A DNA stretch of 64,000 bases. Source: an uncultured Neomegalonema sp. (GTDB taxonomy: Bacteria > Pseudomonadota > Alphaproteobacteria > Rhodobacterales > Rhodobacteraceae). The stretch covers positions 220 through 64,219 of the forward strand of contig CALHLW010000066.1 of the NCBI GenBank assembly GCA_938034615.1, read 5' to 3'. Shown here piece after piece: positions 31,712 through 40,743 of this stretch (positions are counted from its first letter, which is position 1; each line of letters starts with the position of its first letter). The position numbers and the translations under genes were made by a program. Below the pieces are notes generated by a model. The model saw only the letters and a program-made list of their open reading frames with translations, was not told the DNA's origin and did no database searches.

Positions 31712-33280
31712 TCAAATCGCCTTCTGACCCATCTGCTCAGCGATGTAATCCGCCTGACGGATGGCCAGCGATACGATGGTCAGGGTCGGGTTTTCCGCCG
31801 CCCCGGTCGTGAACTGCGACCCGTCCGAGACGAACAGGTTCGCGATGTCGTGGGTCTGGCCCCACTTGTTCACCACACCGTCCTTGGCATCCGCCGACAT
31901 CCGGTTCGTCCCGAGATTGTGGGTCGAGGGATAGGGCGGGGTCGGGTAGACCTGCGTGGCCCCCACCGCATCGTACATTGCTGTCCCCTGCTGCCACGCA
32001 TGGGCACGCATCGCGATATCATTGGCGTGATCCGAGAAATGCACATTCGGCGCGGGCAGGCCGTACTGGTCCTTCTCGTCCGACAGGGTGATCGCATTCG
32101 TCTCCTGCGGCATGTCCTCACCCACGATCCACATACCGGCCATGTGATCGTAATTGTCCATCGCCGCCGCGAACTCACGCCCCCAGCCACCCGGATTGAG
32201 GAAGGCCGCCATGAAGGGCAGACCCAGCGCGAGCGTTTCAAGCTCGTACCCGCCGACGAATCCGCGTGACGGATCGTGCCGCGCCTCGTCCTGCACGATC
32301 CCGGCCATCGTCGTGCCGCGATAGAAGTTCACGGGCTTGTCGAAGCTGGCATAGACCGAGGCGGTCATGTGGCGCATGTAGTTCTTGCCGACCATACCGG
32401 AGGAGTTGGCGAGGCCATCCGAAAACATGCTCGATGCAGAGTTCAGCAGTAGCCGGGGGCTTTCGATGGAGTTGCCCGCGACCGCCACGACCCGCGCTTT
32501 CTGAACGTGTTGATTGCCGTCGGCATCGGCGTAGAGGACGCCCGTCACCTTGCCGTCGTCTCCATGCTGGATTTGCAGCACATGAGCCTTGGGCCGGACT
32601 TCGAGCTTGCCGGTTTCCTCGCCCTTCGGAATTTCCGTGTAGAGCGTGGACCATTTCGCCGAGAACTTGCAGCCCTGGAAGCAGAACCCCGATTGCTGGC
32701 AATGGGTGCGTCCGTCGCGGTCCTGCGAGTTGATCGCCATATTGCCGGTATGGACCTTCTCGTAGCCCAGTTTCTTCGCGCCCGCCTCGAACACCTTGTA
32801 GTTGTTGTTGCCGGGCAGGGGGGGGATGCCATTCGTGTTCGTCACCCCCATCTTGTCCTCGGCCTTGGCATAGTAGGGAGCCATTTCCTCGGCGTCGATG
32901 GGCCAGTCGAGCAGGTTCGCGCCCTCGACCTCACCATAGTTGGTCTTGGCTTTCCACTCGTGCTCCTGAAAGCGCAGGCTTGCCCCGGCCCAGTGGGTCG
33001 TGGAGCCGCCGACCGCCTTGACGATCCACGCGGGCAGGCCGGAGAAATCCGTCGCCACGCGCCAGTCGCCCGATGTCGTGCGCTTGTCGAGCCATGCGAG
33101 TTGGCCGAAACTGGCCCATTCATCGTTGAGGAAATCTTCCGCTTCGTGACGCCCTCCGGCCTCAAGGATAACGGTGTCGATGCCCTTCTGGGCCAGTTCG
33201 TTGCCGAGCGTACCGCCGCCCGCGCCCGAACCGATGATGACGACAACCGAGTCGTCATTCAGGTCATATGGTGCTGCCAT
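31712..33280 (-). CDS. GMC family FAD-dependent oxidoreductase (gluconate 2-dehydrogenase flavoprotein-like)
   Basis: 522 aa. N-terminal Rossmann motif VVVIIGSGAGGGTLGNELAQKG and a GMC C-terminal domain. Confidence 0.85.
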   Translation of the reverse strand: MAAPYDLNDDSVVVIIGSGAGGGTLGNELAQKGIDTVILEAGGRHEAEDFLNDEWASFGQLAWLDKRTTSGDWRVATDFSGLPAWIVKAVGGSTTHWAGASLRFQEHEWKAKTNYGEVEGANLLDWPIDAEEMAPYYAKAEDKMGVTNTNGIPPLPGNNNYKVFEAGAKKLGYEKVHTGNMAINSQDRDGRTHCQQSGFCFQGCKFSAKWSTLYTEIPKGEETGKLEVRPKAHVLQIQHGDDGKVTGVLYADADGNQHVQKARVVAVAGNSIESPRLLLNSASSMFSDGLANSSGMVGKNYMRHMTASVYASFDKPVNFYRGTTMAGIVQDEARHDPSRGFVGGYELETLALGLPFMAAFLNPGGWGREFAAAMDNYDHMAGMWIVGEDMPQETNAITLSDEKDQYGLPAPNVHFSDHANDIAMRAHAWQQGTAMYDAVGATQVYPTPPYPSTHNLGTNRMSADAKDGVVNKWGQTHDIANLFVSDGSQFTTGAAENPTLTIVSLAIRQADYIAEQMGQKAI

Positions 33281-33292
33281 GTCAGTTCTCCC

Positions 33293-33856
33293 CTAAACCC
33301 ACTCGATGTCATCAAAGCCGCGCTCGATATATCCACCCTTATGGGCCGATGCGCCCTCGTAACCGAACAGCGGCCACAGCGCTTTCTGGTTGTAGAGGCC
33401 AACCACGAGCGAGCCGCGCATTGTCTGGAAGAAATCGCTGTCTTCGATGTCGTGCAGCACTGCCACGCGATCCGCTTCCCAGCCAAGATCAAGATAACCA
33501 CCCTTTTCCGTGGCTTCACCGAGCAGCTTCTTGCCCGCGCGTCCGTTCAGATCGCCGACGCCGTCTTCGAGCAGCGCCTTTTTCGCATCGTCATCGACCG
33601 ACGCATCATCATGCGCGCGCAGGGCTTTCGCGTAGAATTTATCCGGCACCCGGTCATGCGGATAAATATCGCGGGCCATCTGGATCATCGTCGCCATGGT
33701 TTCGGGCTTGAGCGCTTTCAGCTCCATGCCCCAGCCCTGGTTCGGCATCAGCAGCGTACCACTGCCGAGCACCATGGCCGCACCAATCGCGGTCTTGCCG
33801 GAACCGGCGAGGAAGTCGCGTCGGTTGACGCCCCCCGCAGTTTCATTCGTCATCAT
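33293..33856 (-). CDS. Gluconate 2-dehydrogenase subunit 3 family protein (Tat signal)
   Basis: 187 aa. Twin-arginine motif NRRDFLAGSG. Sits immediately upstream of the GMC flavoprotein. Confidence 0.75.
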   Translation of the reverse strand: MMTNETAGGVNRRDFLAGSGKTAIGAAMVLGSGTLLMPNQGWGMELKALKPETMATMIQMARDIYPHDRVPDKFYAKALRAHDDASVDDDAKKALLEDGVGDLNGRAGKKLLGEATEKGGYLDLGWEADRVAVLHDIEDSDFFQTMRGSLVVGLYNQKALWPLFGYEGASAHKGGYIERGFDDIEWV

Positions 33857-33894
33857 ATCTTCTCTCCCTTTCGTTTTTTGTTTTCAGCGAGGGC

Positions 33895-34296
33895 TTATTT
33901 GAAGCGGCCCCCTTTCTGAATAACTTCGATCTCATACCCATCCGGGTCCGCGATGAAGAAGAACCGCGCAATCACGGTATCGCCGGGTTTGAAATCGACC
34001 AGCTTACGCGGCTCATGTCCGGCATCGGTCAGCCGCGCGTGCAATGCATCCACATCGTCCACGACAAAAGCCAGATGTCCATATCCATTGCCGAGGTCAT
34101 AAGGTTCCGTCGTGCCTTTGTTGATCGTCAATTCCAGCTCGAAGTGGCTTTCAGAATTGCTCAGATAGATCAGTGCAAAGTTCTCAAAATCCAGTTTGTC
34201 AGCGACTTCCAGCCCGAACGCATCGCGGTAGAACGCGACCGAGCGTTCCTCGTCCAGAATCCGGATCATCGAATGGACCATCTTCGCCATCGGCAC
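33895..34296 (-). CDS. VOC family protein / glyoxalase I-like
   Basis: 133 aa with MVHSMIRILDEERSVAFYRDAFGL, LELTINKG, YGHLAF and DPDGYEIEVIQ. Confidence 0.75.
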   Translation of the reverse strand: MPMAKMVHSMIRILDEERSVAFYRDAFGLEVADKLDFENFALIYLSNSESHFELELTINKGTTEPYDLGNGYGHLAFVVDDVDALHARLTDAGHEPRKLVDFKPGDTVIARFFFIADPDGYEIEVIQKGGRFK

Positions 34297-34379
34297 ACCT
34301 CTTCCTGTCGTCGGCGCAAGAACGCGCCGTCACCAGTCAATCCTAGCGGGAGAAAGCGGTCAATGGTGGTAGAGGAATA

Positions 34380-34661
34380 CTACGCCGCCTCGCGGGTGCG
34401 AATCGCCTGCTCCAGATGGACGAGACAGGCCGTGCGCAGCAACGAGGTGAAGTTCTGCACTTCGCCATGCAGATCGAGCACTTCGTCGTAGAGCGTGGAC
34501 AGAAATTTCGGGGTCGTCATCCCCTGACCCTCGGCGATCTCATCGACCATGCGCCAGTAACGTGCTTCCAGCCGGATGCTGGTCGAATATCCGTTGAGAC
34601 GTACAGAACGCGTCACGCCAGCGTAATCGGCCCGGTCCTGTCCCGCGAAGATATTGCACAT
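34380..34661 (-). CDS. Ribbon-helix-helix (RHH_4-like) domain protein
   Basis: 93 aa. RSVRLNGYSTSIRLEARYWRMVDEIAEGQGMTTPKFLSTLYDE matches a small conserved alphaproteobacterial RHH family by recollection. Confidence 0.6.
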   Translation of the reverse strand: MCNIFAGQDRADYAGVTRSVRLNGYSTSIRLEARYWRMVDEIAEGQGMTTPKFLSTLYDEVLDLHGEVQNFTSLLRTACLVHLEQAIRTREAA

Positions 34662-34846
34662 GGTTCGATCCTCCCTTCATTCATTTTCGGCTGAACGCCA
34701 AGGGATTGCAAGCGCCGACCACGGGCTAGCATTCCCTTGCGTCATGTACCTTGCCGAATCGGAAGACCTGCGCGACGCTGGGCCGTCATGTCCGTAGCGG
34801 GGGTGGGCATCGACGGAAAAATCACCCGTGCACAGGGAGGATTCGC

Positions 34847-36640
34847 ATGGACGTCCAGTCACCGATGGGCCGCGTGAACACATGGCTCGACAAATTCGGC
34901 GCGGCGCTCGAAGGCCGCGATATAGAGGCGCTGAAATCGCTGTTTGCAGAAGATTGCTACTGGCGCGATCTCGTCTCGTTCACATGGAACATCAAGACGA
35001 TGGAAGGGCGCGATCAGATCGGCGAGATGGCAGCGGCTACCCTCGATAACGTCAATCCGAAGAACTGGAAGATCGACGGCGACGTGACGGAGGCCGATGG
35101 TATCTCGGAAGCATGGATCACCTTTCAGACCGATGCCGTCCATGGGCGCGGGCATGTGCGGCTGACTGAAAATGGCGCGTGGACCCTGCTGACGAGTGCG
35201 CAGGGGTTGGTCGGTCACGAGGAGAAAACCGGCACGGAGCGCGAACCGGGGGTCATCCACGGGGCCGATCCGAAACGCGAGACCTATGCCGAGCGGATGG
35301 AACGTGAACGGGCCGAATTGGGCTACAAGGAACAGCCCTATGTCGTCATCATCGGCGGCGGTCAGGGTGGCATTGCGCTGGGCGCACGGCTGAGGCGGTT
35401 GGGCGTCTCGGCCATCATCGTGGAGAAGAACGAGCGCCCCGGCGATAGCTGGCGCAAGCGGTACAAGTCGCTCTGTCTGCACGATCCGGTCTGGTACGAC
35501 CATCTGCCCTATCTGCCCTTCCCGGATCACTGGCCGGTGTTCAGCCCGAAAGACAAGATCGGCGACTGGCTGGAGAGCTACACCAAAATCATGGAGCTGA
35601 ATTACTGGGGGAGCACCACTTGCGAAAGCGCCTCCTATGACGAAGTAAGCGGCGAATGGACGGTGAAGGTGGATCGCGACGGGGAGGCTGTGACGCTGAA
35701 ACCGAAGCAACTCGTCTTCGCAACCGGCATGTCCGCCGTGCCGAACATGCCCGACCTTCCGGGCGCAGACAGCTTCAAGGGCGAGATTCAGCATTCATCG
35801 CAGCATCCGGGGCCGGATGGCTACAAGGGCAAGAAGGTCGTCGTGGTCGGCTCGAACAACTCCTCTCACGATATCTGCGCCGCTCTCTGGGAAGCTGGAG
35901 TCGATGTGACCATGCTCCAGCGGTCCAGCACGCATATCGTCAAGTCCGATACGTTGATGGATGTGGCCTTGGGCGATCTCTATTCGGAGAAGGCCGTCGC
36001 GAACGGGATCGATCACAATATGGCCGATCTGATCTTCGCCTCGCTACCCTACAAGGTGCTACCCGCCGTAATGGGGCCACAGGTGGTCGAGACGAAGAAG
36101 CGCGACGGTGACTTCTACGACCGTTTGGAAAAGGCAGGATTCAAGCTCGATTTCGGAGCGGACGATACGGGCCTGTTCCTGAAATACCTGCGGCGGGGGT
36201 CCGGCTACTATATCGACGTGGGCGCGTCGGAACTGGTTGCCGATGGCAAGATCAAGTTGGCCCACGGTCAGGCGGATCGCTTCATCGAAGGTGCACTCGT
36301 GCTGGCCGACGGCACAGAACTGCCCGCTGATCTCGTCATCTTCGCCACTGGCTACGGCTCGATGAACGGCTGGGTAGCGCAACTGGTCAGTCAGGAAATG
36401 GCCGATAAAGTGGGCAAATGCTGGGGTCTCGGCTCCGATACGCCCAAAGACCCCGGTCCGTGGGAAGGCGAATTGCGCAATATGTGGAAGCCGACACAAC
36501 AGGACGGCCTGTGGTTCCACGGCGGCAACCTGCACCAGTCGCGACACTACTCGCAATTTCTGTCTCTACAACTGAAGGCGCGGGAAGCGGGTATTCCTAC
36601 GCCGGTCTATGGGTTGGCCGAGGTGCACCACATTTCGTAA
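34847..36640 (+). CDS. NAD(P)/FAD-dependent oxidoreductase (flavin-containing monooxygenase-like)
   Basis: 597 aa. NTF2-like N-terminus, FAD site VVIIGGGQGGIALGARL, second dinucleotide site VVVVGSNNSSHDI. AGGGAGG lies upstream of ATG 34847. Confidence 0.75.
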   Translation: MDVQSPMGRVNTWLDKFGAALEGRDIEALKSLFAEDCYWRDLVSFTWNIKTMEGRDQIGEMAAATLDNVNPKNWKIDGDVTEADGISEAWITFQTDAVHGRGHVRLTENGAWTLLTSAQGLVGHEEKTGTEREPGVIHGADPKRETYAERMERERAELGYKEQPYVVIIGGGQGGIALGARLRRLGVSAIIVEKNERPGDSWRKRYKSLCLHDPVWYDHLPYLPFPDHWPVFSPKDKIGDWLESYTKIMELNYWGSTTCESASYDEVSGEWTVKVDRDGEAVTLKPKQLVFATGMSAVPNMPDLPGADSFKGEIQHSSQHPGPDGYKGKKVVVVGSNNSSHDICAALWEAGVDVTMLQRSSTHIVKSDTLMDVALGDLYSEKAVANGIDHNMADLIFASLPYKVLPAVMGPQVVETKKRDGDFYDRLEKAGFKLDFGADDTGLFLKYLRRGSGYYIDVGASELVADGKIKLAHGQADRFIEGALVLADGTELPADLVIFATGYGSMNGWVAQLVSQEMADKVGKCWGLGSDTPKDPGPWEGELRNMWKPTQQDGLWFHGGNLHQSRHYSQFLSLQLKAREAGIPTPVYGLAEVHHIS

Positions 36641-36757
36641 TGCCCGTGACGATGAGCGCAGAACGAAAGCCAGCGGGTAATCCCGCTGGCCTTCGCGTTG
36701 ACCCGTTACAGGACGCCTTGTACGGCAGAACGATGTAAATTCTTGAGGATGCTTCCC

Positions 36758-38815
36758 ATGAGCGATTTGCCCAATCTCGACCAACCCGATGACGACCCGC
36801 ATCTGTGGCTGGAGGAGATCGAGGGTGAGAAGGCGGTTAAATGGGTGGATGCGGAGAGTGCGAAGACGCTCGCGGCGCTCTCCGGGGCAGGGTTCGAGGC
36901 GGATCGTGCGGCGTTGCTGGCGATCATGGATAGCCCGGACAAGCTGCCCCACGTCTCGCGACGGGGCGCGTTTCTCTACAATTATTGGATCGATGCCGCG
37001 CAGCCGAAGGGATTGTGGCGACGCACGACCCTCGACTCGTTTCGCTCGGGTGCGCCGGAATGGGAGACGGTGCTTGACCTCGATGCGCTGGCCGAAGCGG
37101 AGGACGAAGACTGGATCTGGGGAGGGCCATCCACTTTTCCGGGCACACATGACCGCGCGCTGATCGAACTGTCGGTCGGGGGCGGTGACGCGACAGTCAT
37201 GCGCGAATTCGATATGGAACGCCTTGTCTTCATCCCGGACGGTTTCGTTCTGCCCGAGGCGAAGACCGATGTGAGCTGGTACGACCGTGACACGCTGATC
37301 GTCTGCTCGGCTTTGGGCGACGGGATGGCAACGACCTCCGGCTATGCACGCACGGTGAAAGTCTGGAAGCGAGGAACGGATTTCGCAGACGCAAAAATCG
37401 TGTTCGAAGTGCCGGAGGATCATCTTGCTTGTGGTGTCGAGGTCATCCCGACTGCCGATGGTGCGCCGCTGGTCCTCTATGGCGATACGATCGATTTCTT
37501 CCACACCGTAGAAAACATCGGCACGTTGGAAGGGCCGCAGACTCGGCTGGATCTGCCGACCGATTCCGCAAAGCGGATGACCGAGACGGCCCTCGCCGTG
37601 AAGCCGCGCACAGAGTGGACGGTGGAGGGAACCACGCACCCCTCCGATGCCGTCCTCGTTATCGACTACGCGCGTTTTGCGGCGGGGGAACGGGATTTCC
37701 AATGCGTCTTCACGCCCGGTGAGCGGCTGTCGATCAGCCATTTCTACTGGCTGCGGGACGATGCGCTGATGATCTGCGCGCTCGATGACATGCGGCCCGT
37801 TCACACGATCTGGAGGCGGGATGGTGATCGTTGGACATCCGAGGAGGTGACGGGGTTACCGAAGATCGGCACGGCCTTTGTCTGGCCTCTCGATATCGAG
37901 CGTGAGGAATCGGATGGCAGCCTGCTGGCCAATGTCCAAGACCCGCTGACGCCTGCGAGCCTGCTGCACATCGAACCGGGTGCTGCCCCCGCATTGCTCA
38001 AACGCGCGCCTGCGTATTTCGATGCGACCGGTCTGGTCGTCTCGCGCCATGAGGCCATCTCGACCGACGGAGAGCGCATCCCCTACGTACAGGTCGGGCC
38101 GGAGGGCGCGTCGGGCGATGCACCGGTGCATCTGACCGGCTATGGCGGGTTCCGGGTTCCGATGCTGCCCGGCTACAATGCGGGGATCGGCAAGGCATGG
38201 CTGGAGAAGGGCGGCGTTTCGGTAACAGCGAATATCCGGGGCGGTGGCGAATTCGGCACCCGCTGGCACGATGCAGGGCGGCTGGCCGGAAAGCGGCTCT
38301 CCCATGATGATTTCGCCGCCGTTGCCGCTGATCTGGTCGAGCGGGGCGTGACGGTGCCGAGGCGTATCGCGGCGGAGGGCGGCTCGAATGGTGGCCACCT
38401 CATCGCCAATATGCTGACCCGCTATCCTCAGCGGTTCGGCGCGCTTTTCTGCACCATCCCGCTGATCGACATGCGCCGCTACACCAAGCTGTTGGCCGGG
38501 GCGAGTTGGATTGCGGAATATGGCGATCCGGATAAACCCGAGGATTGGGCATTCCTGTCGGCAATGTCGGCCTATCACACGGCCAGCGCCGATACCGACT
38601 ATCCGCCCATCCTGATCGCCACCGCCCGCAAGGACGACCGGGTCCATCCCGGTCATGCCCGCAAGATGGTCGCGAAGCTGAAGGAAATCGGCCACGAAGC
38701 ATGGCTCTACGAACCGCCCGCCGGAGGCCATGGTTACGGCAAGGACAATGCCGAGCGGGCCACCTTTACCGCGCTCGGCTATGCCTTCCTGCGCAAGAAG
38801 ATCGGCTGGACCTGA
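36758..38815 (+). CDS. Prolyl oligopeptidase family (S9A) serine peptidase
   Basis: 685 aa. Beta-propeller N-terminal part, catalytic GGSNGG, and ...DDRVHPGHARK. Confidence 0.85.
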   Translation: MSDLPNLDQPDDDPHLWLEEIEGEKAVKWVDAESAKTLAALSGAGFEADRAALLAIMDSPDKLPHVSRRGAFLYNYWIDAAQPKGLWRRTTLDSFRSGAPEWETVLDLDALAEAEDEDWIWGGPSTFPGTHDRALIELSVGGGDATVMREFDMERLVFIPDGFVLPEAKTDVSWYDRDTLIVCSALGDGMATTSGYARTVKVWKRGTDFADAKIVFEVPEDHLACGVEVIPTADGAPLVLYGDTIDFFHTVENIGTLEGPQTRLDLPTDSAKRMTETALAVKPRTEWTVEGTTHPSDAVLVIDYARFAAGERDFQCVFTPGERLSISHFYWLRDDALMICALDDMRPVHTIWRRDGDRWTSEEVTGLPKIGTAFVWPLDIEREESDGSLLANVQDPLTPASLLHIEPGAAPALLKRAPAYFDATGLVVSRHEAISTDGERIPYVQVGPEGASGDAPVHLTGYGGFRVPMLPGYNAGIGKAWLEKGGVSVTANIRGGGEFGTRWHDAGRLAGKRLSHDDFAAVAADLVERGVTVPRRIAAEGGSNGGHLIANMLTRYPQRFGALFCTIPLIDMRRYTKLLAGASWIAEYGDPDKPEDWAFLSAMSAYHTASADTDYPPILIATARKDDRVHPGHARKMVAKLKEIGHEAWLYEPPAGGHGYGKDNAERATFTALGYAFLRKKIGWT

Positions 38816-38818
38816 AAC

Positions 38819-39461
38819 TCAGACGAACGACAAGCCGACCGCGACAAGGGCGCAGAAGGCAATGATGAATGGCTGATCCCATGTATGGGGCGACCGGGCT
38901 TCAACCAGCGCGCCGACGATGGGGAACAGGGCGAGTGCGGCCAGACCGCGTGCATCGAGCGCAAACCCATGGTGAAGCAGGACTGCGACGACACCGCTCA
39001 CGAAGACCGTCGCACTGCCTTCCCATGTGCGGATGTAAGTACGGTCGGTACCCAACGCCCTCGTCTTGTAGGGATGGCGTCCGAAATAGAGGCCTACAGG
39101 CTCCGCTAGTGCATCGCCGATGCCGGAGATAAAGAAGGCGACGAACATGTAGCCGACCGTCTCCGGCGCGGCCAGATACCAGACGATGATGATGCCCCAG
39201 ACCGCGATGACCGATGTGATCAGCCCGCGCCTGCCCCTCCAACAGTTTCGGAGAGACCATCATGCGACCGTTCGGGGTCGGGGGCGGAATATCCATCCTC
39301 GGATCGAGCATGAGGCCATCGACATTCGGCAACGCCATCTTCGAGAAATAATCGCTCGCGCCGATGCCGCCCAGATGGGGCAACGCTACTTCCGCATGGG
39401 CTGACGGCGCTACGACGAGAAGGGCGATCAACATCGTCAGGATCATCGACAGGCGTTTCAT
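38819..39461 (-). pseudogene. Frameshifted or split gene: signal/TM N-terminal part plus CTP-transferase-1 (phytol/dolichol/DAG-kinase-like) membrane C-terminal part
   Basis: The frame from ATG 39461 gives MKRLSMILTMLIALLVVAPSAHA..., then degenerates to Arg-rich sequence after about 75 aa. A +1 frame gives LITSVIAVWGIIIVWYLAAPETVGYMFVAFFISGIGDALAEPVGLYFGRHPYKT...TWEGS, ending at 38819. Removing one G from the G4 run (plus-strand CCCC 39234-39237) fuses them into an ORF of about 210 aa. Confidence 0.45.
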
Positions 39462-39783
39462 GGTACTCTCGGCTTCTGGTTCTGCGATGTCCTTGAGACG
39501 CGCCAGATTCTCGCATCCTTGGTTCTAGTCGTGAAAGTTTGCGGAATACGGGCAAGGTTGACCCGATGACCCGGAATTCAAAACCATGGGAATGTGCTGG
39601 GGCCTTTTGCAAACGGAAGGCGCGCATTCAGTGACCGGAAAGCTGCGTCTGATAGAAACCGTACGCTTCGGGGTACACCCTGATCGCAATCGTGGGTGAT
39701 CTTGGGTTTCTCCCCACGACGTGACTTTCGGAAAGCATCTCGCGGTCCGTGAATTCATACCGACAAGGATATGGGATAGCCGG

Positions 39784-40731
39784 ATGCTGTTTATCGCGAT
39801 GATTGTCGACGCCGTTCTCGGCGAACCGGATTGGCTTTGGAAGCGACTGCCCCATCCGGCGGTATTGATGGGGCGAATGGTCGGCGCGCTGGACCGGGTG
39901 CTGAACCGGGGCGGGATGCGGCGCGCGAAAGGGATCATCGCCCTTGTCCTGGCGATCATCATCGTCTGGTTCATCGCGCGGGTTCTGTCGCTCGATCTCT
40001 TCTTCGGCGTCTTCGAGGTGATCGGGGCAGCCATCCTGCTGGCACAACGCAGCCTGATGGATCATGTGCGGGCCGTTGCATCAGCCCTTGGCCTGTCGCT
40101 GGATTTTGGTCGTACCGAGGTCGCCAAGATCGTCGGCCGCGAGACGGCAGAGATGGACGAGCCGAGCGTGACACGGGCGGCCATTGAATCAGCGGCGGAG
40201 AATTTCAGCGATGGAGTCGTGGCGCCAGCCTTCTGGTTCTTGTTGCTCGGTCTGCCGAGCATGGCGATCTATAAACTCGTGAACACCGCCGACTCGATGA
40301 TTGGATATCGCACGGAACGGTACGAGGAATTCGGCTGGGCGGCGGCAAGGCTGGATGACCTGCTGAACTGGATTCCGGCCCGAATTTCTGCGGTCCTGAT
40401 CGTCGCGGCCAGCGTGCTACGGAGGCGCGACCGTCGGGGCAGCGGGATCATAACCGCGTTCTCGACACGCTTCGATGCGGTCATGGAAGATGCCCCGCGT
40501 CATCGCTCGCCCAATGCGGGCTGGCCGGAGGCTGCGACGGCTTATGCGCTCGATATCGCGCTCTCCGGACCGCGCGTCTATGACGGCAAGAAGACGACCG
40601 ATCCATTCGTCAACGAGGATGGCGAACAGGCGCTGAAGGCACTTCATATCATAGCGACGGTTCAACTCCTGTGGCGGAGTTGGGGGATCATGCTGGTGAT
40701 CGTCGGAGTCGCGACCTTCATATTCCTGTAG
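39784..40731 (+). CDS. cobD: Adenosylcobinamide-phosphate synthase CobD/CbiB
   Basis: MLFIAMIVDAVLGEPDWLWKRLPHPAVLMG..., NFSDGVVAPAFWFLLLGLP, YKLVNTADSMIGY and WIPARISA. Confidence 0.85.
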   Translation: MLFIAMIVDAVLGEPDWLWKRLPHPAVLMGRMVGALDRVLNRGGMRRAKGIIALVLAIIIVWFIARVLSLDLFFGVFEVIGAAILLAQRSLMDHVRAVASALGLSLDFGRTEVAKIVGRETAEMDEPSVTRAAIESAAENFSDGVVAPAFWFLLLGLPSMAIYKLVNTADSMIGYRTERYEEFGWAAARLDDLLNWIPARISAVLIVAASVLRRRDRRGSGIITAFSTRFDAVMEDAPRHRSPNAGWPEAATAYALDIALSGPRVYDGKKTTDPFVNEDGEQALKALHIIATVQLLWRSWGIMLVIVGVATFIFL

Positions 40732-40743
40732 CGACAATCCCCG

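Noticed and set aside
39462-39783. Possible cobalamin riboswitch in the 320-nt leader of cobD
   Set aside because: I looked on both strands for the core elements as I remember them (AAxAGGGAA, GGTGxAAxTCC, GCTGCCCCCGCAAC, the B12 box AGCCAGGAGACCTGCC). I found only weak partial resemblances (CCATGGGAATGTGC, GCCAGATTCTCGC), and in the wrong order. A covariance-model scan (RF00174, RF01689) would settle it.
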